The notes: generated by a model from the sequence alone, not told the origin. Counted from the first letter of the stretch, positions 1 through 9,161 are shown. The stretch is 60,656 nt of DNA from Nitrospirota bacterium (GCA_033854515.1 JAWOJY010000033.1:1-60656), one strand, 5' to 3'. Numbers and translations are program-made.

Positions 1-11
1 CCCTTCTTTCG

Positions 12-43
12 GTCACCTTTCTTGGGCACGCAAGAAAGGTGAC
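12..43. other. Perfect 12-bp inverted repeat (stem-loop) at the window edge
   Basis: GTCACCTTTCTT (12-23) pairs with AAGAAAGGTGAC (32-43) around an 8-nt loop GGGCACGC. No U-tract follows on either strand, so it is not a canonical intrinsic terminator. Confidence 0.5.
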
Positions 44-341
44 AACGAGCTTAAGGAAGGGGCGTTAATTCGGCATAAATAAGCCATATCAGCGCTTATT
101 CCACCCACACAAAAGTCAGAAGAGCCAGAAAAGAAATAAGACGGCCTAGCTCCATACAGTCGCCCTTTCCGCCCTTGCTTCCCACTCGTATTTCTGATAG
201 CATGGTTCATGTACGAGCGGCTTGCATCCCGCAAGCTCACACGGTAGTCGAGTGCATACCCGCGGGTCTGCCGGACGCGAAAACCGCTCCACTGCTTTCG
301 TCGTTGGCACACAGTATGATTCATTTTTTCGAGAAGGATCA

Positions 342-974
342 ATGAGACTGTTTATTGCCGCCCTATTGTTCTTAATCGGTCTCCTTGCAATAACCGGCGC
401 GTTCATGGCTCTCCTCCCGGCAAACGCACCGGAGTGGCTGACGGGCGTCGGAATTCTGACAGGTTTCTTCCTTTCGCTTTTCCTTACCAACAAACTGGTC
501 AATGCGCCGGGGACCAATTTTTGGAGCCTTTCAAGAGCACGCGAACCCGGTGAGCAGCCTGAGCAGGATGGCTTGCTTGTTTCCACGGCGTACCGGGCGA
601 CACGATATTTTCAGGTCGAGGGGTCCAATGAAGAAGGACCGCATTACTTCATTGAATTGCACGATGGATCGGTATTGCACATGAACGGCCGGTATCTGGC
701 CGCGCTCGGACCTCACAAAGTTCTTAAACTGATCGACCGGCCCAGAAAATTCCCGTGCACCGAGTTCGTCGTGAGACGCGACCGCTACGACGGCTGCGTT
801 GTAGATATTCAGTGTGGCGGCAGTGCTCTTGAACCGGAGGTGGTAATGCCTCCTTTTAATGAGCTTGATTTTCAAAACAGCATGATGCCGCAGGATGGGG
901 ACATGCTCACGTCCCGCACTTATGATGAAATGAAGGCCGCGAGATCAAGGCAGATCAGCCGACAAGTCGGGTAA
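342..974 (+). CDS. Hypothetical membrane-anchored protein (two N-terminal hydrophobic helices plus a soluble C-terminal domain of about 150 aa)
   Basis: ORF track 222..974. The internal ATG at 342 is preceded by GAGAAGGA (331-338). Helices are MRLFIAALLFLIGLLAITGAF and GVGILTGFFLSLFL. No family recognised. Confidence 0.5.
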   Translation: MRLFIAALLFLIGLLAITGAFMALLPANAPEWLTGVGILTGFFLSLFLTNKLVNAPGTNFWSLSRAREPGEQPEQDGLLVSTAYRATRYFQVEGSNEEGPHYFIELHDGSVLHMNGRYLAALGPHKVLKLIDRPRKFPCTEFVVRRDRYDGCVVDIQCGGSALEPEVVMPPFNELDFQNSMMPQDGDMLTSRTYDEMKAARSRQISRQVG

Positions 975-1034
975 AGCAACGCGAACCGGCACGTGACAAG
1001 AGTTAAGAGCTGAGAATTCTTTAGGCATCGTTAC

Positions 1035-1055
1035 CCTGATATTTTTTTTATCAGG
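1035..1055. terminator. Weak AT-rich hairpin between convergent genes (possible bidirectional terminator)
   Basis: CCTGATA (1035-1041) pairs with TATCAGG (1049-1055) around a T7 loop. It lies between the stop of 342..974(+) and the stop of glpD(-). The stem is short, so support is weak. Confidence 0.25.
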
Positions 1056-1128
1056 ATTTCTAAATGTGATTTTAAAATGGTCGCGTATAGATTGGTGGAC
1101 CTTTCCTTATAGGTATCAGGCACTCCTC

Positions 1129-2730
1129 TCAGTAATTCCGGTCTTTTTGTAAGTCATTCCTGAATTCTTCAATACGATGTCTCTTTTCCTCATCGGTCCA
1201 GCCGAGTTCCTTTCCCGCGATTTCGGTGATCTTCTCCGTTTGCGGGAGACCGCGTGATGCGGTAATGCCGAGATGCATTCTGCGGAGAACTATGTCCGAA
1301 ACGGTCTTCGCGCCTTCCTCGCGGATACTCAGAACGACCTGTGCATAGACGTCCCTGCTCTCGGGAGAGATGGCCTGCCCCAGGGACGGATCGTCTTTCG
1401 CAAGCTGAAAAATCTTATCCGTCCGTGAGCCGTAGAAGCCGATGAGATGCCGCACGGTCCCGGCGTCGACTTTATAGCGTGACGACAGCTCGGGCACGGC
1501 TTCTTTCAGGTATTCATCATAGCCGACCGGCAGCCCTCCGGGGAAGGGCTTCCTGTCGGTGCTGCAATATGCCCTCATGCCCAGCGTCCGGCATACCGCG
1601 TCTACAGTGTCCTTCGCCATATTGCGGTAGGTCGTGAGCTTGCCGCCTGCTATGGTGATGACTCTGCCCGTTTTTCCCTCTTTTATCACCCGGTGTTTGC
1701 GCGATATCTTGGACTCTTTCGCACCCGTGAACGCGAGCGGCCGGATACCCGCATAGGTATAGAGAATGGCCTCGCGCGCGAGGTTCATGCCCGGGAGCAC
1801 CCGCCTACTCTCGGCGAGAAGGTAGTTTACGTCTTCACTGCCCGCATGGACCTCGTCGAGGTCCCCGTTGTACTTCGTGTCCGTCGTCCCGATGAGAGAA
1901 TACGCGCCGAACGGGATGATGAAGAACATCCTGCCGTCCTGCGATGTGATAAAGAGGGCCTGTCCGGTCAGTTTGGGCAGGACGAGGTGAATGCCCTTCG
2001 TCGGGAAGATGATCTTGTGGCTGTCGATAGCGCCTGCTTGCCGCACCGAGTCGATCCATGGCCCGGCTGCATTGACGAGGACTTTCGAGCGATACAGGCG
2101 CACTGTTCCGGAGAGCGCGCTCCTCGCCGTCACCACAATGCCGGCCTCTGTCTCCTCGATTTTTTCCACCCGGGTGTAATTATGCGCCGCGGCCCCGGCT
2201 GTGCGCGCGGAGACGACATTCTCGATCACGAGCCGCTCGGGCATCATGATCTGGTGGTCGTAGAACAGAGCGCTTCCCTTGAGCCCCTCCCGGTTCAGGC
2301 GCGGCTCGAACCCGAGCGTCTTTTCCCTTCCCGAGGTGAAGTAGTGCGGGATGTCCTTTTCATGGGACAGGAGGTCGTACATATGAATGCCGATGGAGAT
2401 CATCGCCCTGCCGTGCGGATCGCCCTTGTAGATCGGAATGAGAAGCGGCATGGGGTGGATGAGATGGGGCGCCATCCTGCGCAGGACGGCGCGCTCCCGG
2501 AGCGACTCGGCCACGAGGTCCATTTCGAAATTGGCGAGATAGCGCAGGCCGCCGTGGATCAGGCGCGTGGACTTGGACGTGACGCCCGAGGCGAAATCGC
2601 CCTTTTCAAGCAGCAGGCACGACAGCCCCCGCAGCGCCGCGTCCCTCGCAACTCCCGCTCCGGTAATTCCCCCGCCGACCACGATGAGATCGAAGATCGC
2701 GTCCTGCTTAGATTCGTCAACTTTGAGCAT
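1129..2730 (-). CDS. glpD: FAD-dependent glycerol-3-phosphate dehydrogenase
   Basis: 533-aa ORF. The N-terminal dinucleotide fold DLIVVGGGITGAGVARDAALRG followed by STRLIHGGLRYL is typical of GlpD/GlpA. Confidence 0.85.
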   Translation of the reverse strand: MLKVDESKQDAIFDLIVVGGGITGAGVARDAALRGLSCLLLEKGDFASGVTSKSTRLIHGGLRYLANFEMDLVAESLRERAVLRRMAPHLIHPMPLLIPIYKGDPHGRAMISIGIHMYDLLSHEKDIPHYFTSGREKTLGFEPRLNREGLKGSALFYDHQIMMPERLVIENVVSARTAGAAAHNYTRVEKIEETEAGIVVTARSALSGTVRLYRSKVLVNAAGPWIDSVRQAGAIDSHKIIFPTKGIHLVLPKLTGQALFITSQDGRMFFIIPFGAYSLIGTTDTKYNGDLDEVHAGSEDVNYLLAESRRVLPGMNLAREAILYTYAGIRPLAFTGAKESKISRKHRVIKEGKTGRVITIAGGKLTTYRNMAKDTVDAVCRTLGMRAYCSTDRKPFPGGLPVGYDEYLKEAVPELSSRYKVDAGTVRHLIGFYGSRTDKIFQLAKDDPSLGQAISPESRDVYAQVVLSIREEGAKTVSDIVLRRMHLGITASRGLPQTEKITEIAGKELGWTDEEKRHRIEEFRNDLQKDRNY

Positions 2731-2896
2731 CCAGGGTCTCCTTCACGATATGTTTTTACGAAATTTCATCCCTTGACCGGACAGGTCGGAACCAAAACTT
2801 TTGAACGTTTAGGCGTCCCCAATGGCATCGTTCGAGGACAAGGCGGGTAGCATCGATCTTAAAACGTGCGGCTTACAAGCTTGCGGCTGGCATTTT

Positions 2897-3589
2897 TCAC
2901 CTCTTCTCCAGAAGCTTCATCAACACCGCCGGCTGGTTCGTATAGATGCCTTCGACACCCCAGGAGATGAGCTTACTCATTTCCTCTTCATCATCAACGG
3001 TCCAGACGTACACCTTTATCCCGTGCTTATGGCATGCGGTAACAAGTTTTTCGGTCACCGTCGTCCTCCGCAGGCTGATGTAAGAATAGCCTTTTGCCCT
3101 GTAGGCGGAAACATGATGGGGGAAGAATGTATCAAAGATCAATGAAACGGGAAGGTCGAGGTTCACGCCCCGCGCCGACAGGACCTCCCGCTCCTTGAAA
3201 GACGAGACCATGACATATCCGGCGTACCGGTAATAGAACAGAAACCTGGACAGCGCGGCCCCGGCGCCGGCGCTCTTTATTTCGATATTGATCCCCGCCT
3301 TGCCGGCCACGAGCTTGAAAGCGTCCTCAAGTGCGGGAATGGGCTCGCCGTTTCTCAGTCTGACGCGGGAAATGTCGGCGGAGGCGGACTTTTCGATGTC
3401 GATATTGCGGTCAGCGGTCCTGCCCGTCTCCTTGTCGTGCATTACGTAGAGAGCGCCGTCGCGGCTCTTGCGGACATCAAGCTCTATCATGTCCACACCC
3501 AGGGCCAGAGCACGGCGAAAGGCCTCGAGCGAATTTTCGAGCGCATGGGATGAATCTCCGCGGTGGGCTATGACAAGAGGCTTGCGCAT
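2897..3589 (-). CDS. Glycerophosphodiester phosphodiesterase (GDPD family, apparently cytoplasmic)
   Basis: Motifs VIAHRGDS..ENSLEAF..DMIELDVRKSRDG..YVMHD are GDPD catalytic motifs. No signal peptide. It sits adjacent to glpD on the same strand. Confidence 0.85.
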   Translation of the reverse strand: MRKPLVIAHRGDSSHALENSLEAFRRALALGVDMIELDVRKSRDGALYVMHDKETGRTADRNIDIEKSASADISRVRLRNGEPIPALEDAFKLVAGKAGINIEIKSAGAGAALSRFLFYYRYAGYVMVSSFKEREVLSARGVNLDLPVSLIFDTFFPHHVSAYRAKGYSYISLRRTTVTEKLVTACHKHGIKVYVWTVDDEEEMSKLISWGVEGIYTNQPAVLMKLLEKR

Positions 3590-3792
3590 CTTTTCAATTA
3601 TAGCTGAATTTCAACAATTCGCAACCGAATAAAGGCCGGAAAACGGACATGCGGCGTGAAGGAACTGCTGCCTCTACGTATCAAGATTTGCGTCAGTGTG
3701 GTAAGGAAACATCACCCTGAAAACGGGCACAACAAAACCTCAAATTGGAACTTTACGTTGACAAATGCAAACCAGATATACTATCGTTACAC

Positions 3793-4071
3793 ATGCGGTC
3801 GACCTCGATACTGCTCGTTATCGCGATAGGTCTTTCCATACTGACGCCGGGAGGAATCATCCATTTCGACGTCGGCCATGGAGGGGCAACCATAGGAACG
3901 CTCGACGTTTGCCATCACGGGGTCAGCGGTAACAATCCCGACCTGCCCTATCTCTCACAGTGTCCGTGCAGGCCTTTCCTTTCAATGCACAAAGAAGTTT
4001 GTGAAATTATCAGCTCGCCTTTCAAACCCCTCTTAATCGTCTTTCAAGACGAACATCCTCCAAGGGTCTGA
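3793..4071 (+). CDS. Small hypothetical Cys/His-rich protein with an N-terminal hydrophobic segment
   Basis: ORF track 3745..4071 (TTG). The first ATG is at 3793 (MRSTSILLVIAIGLSILTPGG). Motifs include HFDVGHGG, CHHG and CPC. No clear Shine-Dalgarno and no family recognised. Confidence 0.3.
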   Translation: MRSTSILLVIAIGLSILTPGGIIHFDVGHGGATIGTLDVCHHGVSGNNPDLPYLSQCPCRPFLSMHKEVCEIISSPFKPLLIVFQDEHPPRV

Positions 4072-4335
4072 TCAGCCCTCCTGAACCCGAAGTCGCGAGT
4101 CAATTGTTTCTTTTCGCGGGCGTAGTATGCCCGCACGAGGATAATCCTGTATGGTGGACATTCCTCCCCTTTACGCTCGGCTCCACTTCGGAAATATCCG
4201 GTCTCCATAGTACATGACAGTGTTTCTGAAGTGGAGTCATTTTTCCAAATCGTGAGATGTTTGAGAACACCCTCATTCCTGTAAACGGTTTGATAGCGGA
4301 CCCAGGACCGCCTAATTTTATAAGGAGACATTTCC

Positions 4336-5127
4336 ATGAACATGATAATTGATAAGAAAGAAGGGCTTTCAAGAAGAGACTTGCTCATCAATGGCGGGAA
4401 GGCAGCAGCAGGCGCTGCAATCTTGTCCCTCGGCGCACTCCGTAACGTAAAGACCGCCGATGCCTACGAATTTTCATCGGCCTACAGGTACAAAAAATTG
4501 GACCCCCATGAGGTGGGTCAGATTACCTATGAGAACTACTTCAAGCGATGGTGTACCTCTTCGGTGCTTGCCGGACTCGTTGAGTCCCTGAGGAAAAATG
4601 TCGGGGGTGAATGGAAGGATTTCCCGATCGACGCCTACCGGTGGGGACATGGAGGATTGGCAGGATGGGGCGCACTCTGCGGAACGATGCCGGGTGCAGG
4701 TGTGATTATCGGACTGGTAACAAAGGACACCGACACCGCCGAGGCAATGGTCAACGACCTTGCCTTCTATTACTCTTATACCGAATTGCCGACATTTACG
4801 CCCTCTAAGGTGCTGAAGTCCGATATCAAGCATATGACCATGGCTGGGACTCCTATTTGCCATATCTCGGTCGGCAGATGGATGAGAGCGGAAGGCGCCG
4901 CGTTCCTTACCAATCAGAGGGCGGAGAGATGCGCTCGGCTTTCTGCAAATATTGCAATGGAAGCAGCAGGCATGCTGAACGCCTGGGCCGACAGCAGCTA
5001 CAAACCGAAACACAAACCGCTCTACAATGTAGCGGCGAACGGCATTACCTCTCAGAACAATTGCACGGACTGCCACGGGCAAAACCCACCGTCCCCGAGG
5101 GAAACCTATGAGACATTGGAGAAGTAA
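4336..5127 (+). CDS. Tat-exported redox protein: C_GCAxxG_C_C-like core with a C-terminal CxxCH heme-c motif (split-Soret cytochrome c-like)
   Basis: Twin-arginine leader SRRDLLINGGKAAAGAAILSLGALRNVKTADA, then GWGALCGTMPGAG, spaced Cys residues and CTDCHG near the C-terminus. AAGGAGA lies upstream of the ATG. Confidence 0.55.
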   Translation: MNMIIDKKEGLSRRDLLINGGKAAAGAAILSLGALRNVKTADAYEFSSAYRYKKLDPHEVGQITYENYFKRWCTSSVLAGLVESLRKNVGGEWKDFPIDAYRWGHGGLAGWGALCGTMPGAGVIIGLVTKDTDTAEAMVNDLAFYYSYTELPTFTPSKVLKSDIKHMTMAGTPICHISVGRWMRAEGAAFLTNQRAERCARLSANIAMEAAGMLNAWADSSYKPKHKPLYNVAANGITSQNNCTDCHGQNPPSPRETYETLEK

Positions 5128-5292
5128 AGGACCGGGCTGTTGGAATTCATGAGCCGGGGTCCTTCGCGCAGAAGACAGGCGGGTTACTGCCCTGCTTAGG
5201 AACAAAATGCGTTGATTATACAAGTTTCAAACCAGGAGACAAATACACATGAAAAACGGAAAATTGGTACAGTCGTAAAAAATCAAGATTTG

Positions 5293-5336
5293 CCACGGGG
5301 ACACGGAGCGGGACATGTCACGCCGTGTCTCCGTGG
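5293..5336. promoter_or_regulatory. 44-nt near-perfect palindrome / 14-bp stem-loop upstream of the OM barrel gene
   Basis: CCACGGGGACACGG (5293-5306) pairs with CCGTGTCTCCGTGG (5323-5336) with one G-U. The loop contains the self-complementary GACATGTC. A T-run starts 11 nt after the stem, so it is not a canonical terminator. Confidence 0.45.
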
Positions 5337-5371
5337 TGACAATTCGCTTTTTACTTTTGGGGAGGAAGGAC

Positions 5372-6385
5372 ATGAAAAAAAGTATTATTGTGTTTCTCGT
5401 TGTCGGTATCTGCATCACCCTGCCGGTTACGACCTATGCGGCGGGCCTCTGCTGCCAGCTTTCGAGCGGCGTACAGGAAAGCCTTTCAGGAGTCGCCGCG
5501 CCGGGGACCGAAGAACTGTCGCTGCAGTTCAACTACAGCTTTACCCGCATGGACAAGTTCAAGGAAGGCTCCACCACACGTTCTCTCGATTACCTGAAAG
5601 CGAACAGCGGGTACACTATCCTGCCCGTGGACATGGACATGATCAAATACACGTTGACCGCGGGATACGGCTTCAGCCCGCGATTCAAGGCCTTCGTATC
5701 CATACCTTATGTAAGAAATACGATGGACATGACATCGTTCAACATGATGATGGGGACCTGGATGAACATGACCATGGAGCCTGTTTCCGGCCTCGGAGAC
5801 GTCACGGCCATGGGACTCTATCGCCTCTATACGAACAGGGACATCAGGCCGACCGACGTTGTGACCGTCGGCCTCGGAGTCAAGACGCCGACCGGCTCTT
5901 TTACGGAAACGAACAGCAACGGCAGGTTCATCCATGCCCACATGCAGCCGGGCACCGGCTCATGGGACCCTCTTTTCTCGCTCATCTATACGAAGATGAT
6001 GAACCCCTTCCTTGTCCAGGCCGATGCCACGTATCAGCTCACTACGAGAAACCGGAGAGGATATGAATTCGGCGATTCAACCGCGATTAATCTCTCGGGG
6101 AAATATGCCGTGATCAGGGAATTCAACGTCACTGCGGGGTTCACCTATCTCAACGTGAACAAGTCGAGCGACCGGGACGGCAAATACACGAACCTCGCGA
6201 GTCTCCTGGACGATCAGGCGAACACAGGCGGACAGAGCATATGGTTTTCTCCCGGCATTCAGGTACTGCCCGTGAAAGACCTTGTCTTCGATGCCAAGGT
6301 GCAGTTGCCGGTGTGGGAAAAGGTAAACGGCATCCAGCTCGTATCGAGATACATGGTGGTGGCGGGCGTTTCGTACAATTTTTAG
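5372..6385 (+). CDS. Outer-membrane beta-barrel protein (transporter-like, MetA-pathway/phenol-degradation OMP-like)
   Basis: ATG at 5372 follows GGAGGAAGGA. Signal peptide MKKSIIVFLVVGICITLPVTTYA. Alternating-hydrophobic strands throughout. Terminal ...GVSYNF has the aromatic C-terminus typical of OMPs. Confidence 0.65.
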   Translation: MKKSIIVFLVVGICITLPVTTYAAGLCCQLSSGVQESLSGVAAPGTEELSLQFNYSFTRMDKFKEGSTTRSLDYLKANSGYTILPVDMDMIKYTLTAGYGFSPRFKAFVSIPYVRNTMDMTSFNMMMGTWMNMTMEPVSGLGDVTAMGLYRLYTNRDIRPTDVVTVGLGVKTPTGSFTETNSNGRFIHAHMQPGTGSWDPLFSLIYTKMMNPFLVQADATYQLTTRNRRGYEFGDSTAINLSGKYAVIREFNVTAGFTYLNVNKSSDRDGKYTNLASLLDDQANTGGQSIWFSPGIQVLPVKDLVFDAKVQLPVWEKVNGIQLVSRYMVVAGVSYNF

Positions 6386-6420
6386 CATCGCAAACGCGAC
6401 TGAAATAAGGTATAGTGGTC

Positions 6421-6450
6421 GAGAGGACGGTTCTCCGGAATCGTCCTCTC
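6421..6450 (+). terminator. Putative intrinsic terminator after the OM barrel gene
   Basis: GAGAGGACG (6421-6429) pairs with CGTCCTCTC (6442-6450): a 9-bp GC-rich stem with a 12-nt loop, followed by the T-rich CTATAATTTCCTTTG. Confidence 0.4.
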
Positions 6451-6524
6451 CTATAATTTCCTTTGTCCGTCCGTGCTCGAGGCCGTGTTGTAACGGCACA
6501 ACGGAACACTGAAGGAATGAAGGC

Positions 6525-6986
6525 ATGAAATCGGAAATTCTAGACCGTCGGGAGAGAGTCTTTCGTCCGGCGTGGCTCATCTGTATCGTTTTCATTTTTT
6601 TTGCGGCTTGTTCAAAGCAGCCATCCTACCCTGTGCCGCCTCAGAGGGGTTCGGAAATAGTGCTCGACGTCCGTTTTCTTCAGCCGGAGACACCCGTTTT
6701 CTTCACGTACCGGTATCACGGAAAGCGCATAAGCTTCTTCGTCGTAAGGACCGGGAACAGGGTCAACTCGTTCCTCGATGCATGCGCAAGCTGTTACCCT
6801 CACAAGCGCGGCTATAAATACGAGAACGGGATGCTGGTGTGCAGGTTTTGCAACGTTGAGTACTCGATGGCAAAAATAGAGGGGGGAATCGGCGGCTGTT
6901 ATCCGATCAGGATCACGGGCAGTGTCCGCGGCGCGGAATATCACATTCCCGTCACTGCGCTCGAAAGCATGGCAGATAAGTTTTGA
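6525..6986 (+). CDS. DUF2318 (FtrD-like) Cys4 lipoprotein
   Basis: Lipobox IFFAAC. DACASCYPHKRGY...LVCRFCNVEY gives a CxxC...CxxC pattern, characteristic of DUF2318 proteins found beside iron-uptake (P19/FTR1-type) loci. Confidence 0.65.
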   Translation: MKSEILDRRERVFRPAWLICIVFIFFAACSKQPSYPVPPQRGSEIVLDVRFLQPETPVFFTYRYHGKRISFFVVRTGNRVNSFLDACASCYPHKRGYKYENGMLVCRFCNVEYSMAKIEGGIGGCYPIRITGSVRGAEYHIPVTALESMADKF

Positions 6987-7007
6987 ACGCCATGGGAACT
7001 GCTGTTC

Positions 7008-7973
7008 CTATTTGCCTCCCGCAACCTTCTCCATGATCTTGTCTCTGATCGTCTTGATGTGTTCGGCAAGAGACTTTTGCGGGGCAACCGCCCTGTGGAT
7101 GGTCGTCTTGATGATCATGAGCTTTTCGCGCGCTGCGGTCTCACCCTGCCGGAAGAGATCTTTCGGATTGCTGAAATCGGCCCAGTGGGTCGAGCCTACG
7201 TCGGGATAGATTTCCACGTCGGCGTCCCGCATCAGGAGCTCATTCAAATAAATCCTCGTGACCGCGTCGGCGCGCATCACGATGTCCAGTCCCGATTTTT
7301 CCTCGAACCTGGCTGTTTCAGCCGACACGTCCACGGCGATCACGATATCAGCCCCCATGTCCCGGGAGCACAGAACGGGCACCCGCTCCACCCAGCCGCC
7401 GTCCACGAGCACCATGTTGCCGTCTCGTACGGGGGGGAAGATGCCGGGCAGCGCGCAGCTTGCAGCGATAGCGCGGCGGAGCGGGCCGTGGGTGTAGAGG
7501 ACCCGTTTGCCGTTACAGATGTCCGTGGCCGAGCAGCCGAAAGGTATCTTCGTCTCCTGGATATCGATGTCGGGAATCAGGGGATAGATGAAGTCTTCAT
7601 AATCTTTCTCTGAGATGAACGCCGGCTTCGTGGCGGTAACGCCCCAGAAGTAGCCCTTACGGATAAGGTTGGCCATGTCGCTGAAAAAATGATGGCGGTT
7701 GTTGTTGACGGGCTGTTCGAGTTTCCTGATGAACTCCAGGCGCGTCTTCCGGGACCGGAAGCTCCGGAGGAACTGTTCCACGCGCCCCATCCAATAGGAC
7801 GCGTCGGGCTCCGTCGCATAAAGGCCGCCGATGAGGGCCCCGAGGCTTGAGCCTGCGATCATGTGAACCGGGACCTTGGCGTCTTCAAGAACTTTCAGCA
7901 CCCCGAGGTGGGCAAGCCCTCTCGCCGCTCCTCCGCCCAACGCAAGACAAATCTTCGGTTCCATATATACCAT
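7008..7973 (-). CDS. Patatin-like phospholipase
   Basis: Oxyanion motif LALGGGAARG, nucleophile elbow GSSLG and a later DGG(W) Asp motif. Confidence 0.85.
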   Translation of the reverse strand: MVYMEPKICLALGGGAARGLAHLGVLKVLEDAKVPVHMIAGSSLGALIGGLYATEPDASYWMGRVEQFLRSFRSRKTRLEFIRKLEQPVNNNRHHFFSDMANLIRKGYFWGVTATKPAFISEKDYEDFIYPLIPDIDIQETKIPFGCSATDICNGKRVLYTHGPLRRAIAASCALPGIFPPVRDGNMVLVDGGWVERVPVLCSRDMGADIVIAVDVSAETARFEEKSGLDIVMRADAVTRIYLNELLMRDADVEIYPDVGSTHWADFSNPKDLFRQGETAAREKLMIIKTTIHRAVAPQKSLAEHIKTIRDKIMEKVAGGK

Positions 7974-8279
7974 ATCCTCCCGTCGGGAAGAGAGTTTATT
8001 TGGTCCTTTGGTGTCATGATAGCATCAGAACCGGAAGGTGTAAAGATTTTTTCTGCATGGTCGGTCCTCCGGCGATGTCGAAGCCGCTTTCTTATTTTCT
8101 CGGTAATGGGCCAGTCAAGGCCGCTGCCGGGACCATCATTCCTCTTTTAGAACGGACGAAACTAATACTTGACTTGTCGACACGTTCATGTTAAGGAACA
8201 AAAGAGGACCGGTTTCAGCTCTTTTTTCGCGAGCTGTGAACAGTGAGCATTCGCTTACCGCTCCAGTAAACTGACTATT

Positions 8280-9161
8280 ATGAAAATTATCCTTATCGGC
8301 AAAACAAGCCAGCTCGGCTGCGATATACTGAGGAACAACGCGCACCATGAGATCTACGCTCCGGACCGTTCGACGCTGGACATAAGATCGCGGGAAGCCA
8401 TAGACACTCTCGTGGACCGCTATCGACCGGATGTAGTCATCAATGCCGCCGCATTTCAAAATGTTCCGCTGTGCGAGTCCGACCCGGCAAGCGCCTTTAT
8501 CGTGAACTGCGTTGCGGTACGGGACCTGGCCATGGCGTGCAAACGCTCCGGCGCACTTTTTGTTACGCTCAGCACCGATTACGTATTCGGCGGCGAAAAA
8601 CAGGCTGCCTATCTGGAGGACGACAAACCCCGTCCCCTGCAGATTTACGGCGTTTCACGACTTGCCGGAGAATACGCTGCCCTCGCCGCTTCGGAACGCG
8701 CCCTCGTCATCAGAACCTGCGGACTCTACGGCCTGTCCGACGCTCGGTCCGAGAACGCCAACTTCGTCGACAAAAGAATAGAGGATGCGCAGACGCACAC
8801 GGCCCTCCAGATGGGCGCGGACCAGGTCGTCTCCCCCACCTATACGCACGATCTCGGCACAGCAGTCTTCCGGCTCATAGAACATCCTCAGCGAACGCCC
8901 GGGATTTATCATCTCGTCAATGAAGGAAAATGCAGCTGGTACGAGTTTACGAAGGCAATTTATGATATTATGGGATTTACGATGAAGATGAAACCGATCG
9001 ACCGCGGCCAAAAGGACGGCAACATAAGGCGACCGGTCTATTCCGCGCTTGCGAACACGAAGGCCCGGGCTCTCGGAATAATCCTGCCGCATTGGCGGGA
9101 CGCCTTGGAGAGATACCTTAAAGAAAAAAACAATAAAACCGACAATAAAACTAACGCTTGA
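8280..9161 (+). CDS. rfbD: dTDP-4-dehydrorhamnose reductase-like SDR (RmlD family)
   Basis: MKIILIGKTSQLG, RPDVVINAAAF, LSTDYVFGG and YGVSRLAGE match the RmlD substrate-binding-domain pattern. No rmlABC genes are in the window. Confidence 0.7.
   Translation: MKIILIGKTSQLGCDILRNNAHHEIYAPDRSTLDIRSREAIDTLVDRYRPDVVINAAAFQNVPLCESDPASAFIVNCVAVRDLAMACKRSGALFVTLSTDYVFGGEKQAAYLEDDKPRPLQIYGVSRLAGEYAALAASERALVIRTCGLYGLSDARSENANFVDKRIEDAQTHTALQMGADQVVSPTYTHDLGTAVFRLIEHPQRTPGIYHLVNEGKCSWYEFTKAIYDIMGFTMKMKPIDRGQKDGNIRRPVYSALANTKARALGIILPHWRDALERYLKEKNNKTDNKTNA

Noticed and set aside
305-320. Sigma-54 promoter upstream of the 342..974 gene
   Set aside because: The -24 element TGGCAC is perfect, but the -12 position reads ATGA and lacks the conserved GC. 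The predicted start would fall within the ribosome-binding site. It is kept only as a note in the leader finding.
13-586. Minus-strand ORFs 13..342 and 146..586
   Set aside because: They have no motifs, Arg/Ser-rich translations and no ribosome-binding sites. They overlap the better-supported plus-strand membrane-protein gene. The region is treated as non-coding leader.
1693-2850. 385-aa plus-strand ORF opposite glpD
   Set aside because: It lies entirely antisense to a gene with clear FAD-dehydrogenase motifs. Its Arg/Pro/Gly/Asp-rich, low-complexity translation is typical of shadow frames in GC-rich DNA.
3758-3782. TTGACA ... TATACT promoter-like hexamers upstream of the small Cys/His ORF
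   Set aside because: The spacer is only 13 nt, against the 16-18 nt required. It was not counted as a promoter.
4044-4391. Minus-strand ORFs 4044..4391 and 4100..4372 in the spacer upstream of the Tat redox gene
   Set aside because: The two frames are mutually overlapping. They have no Shine-Dalgarno and overlap the start of the Tat-signal gene. They are most likely spurious.
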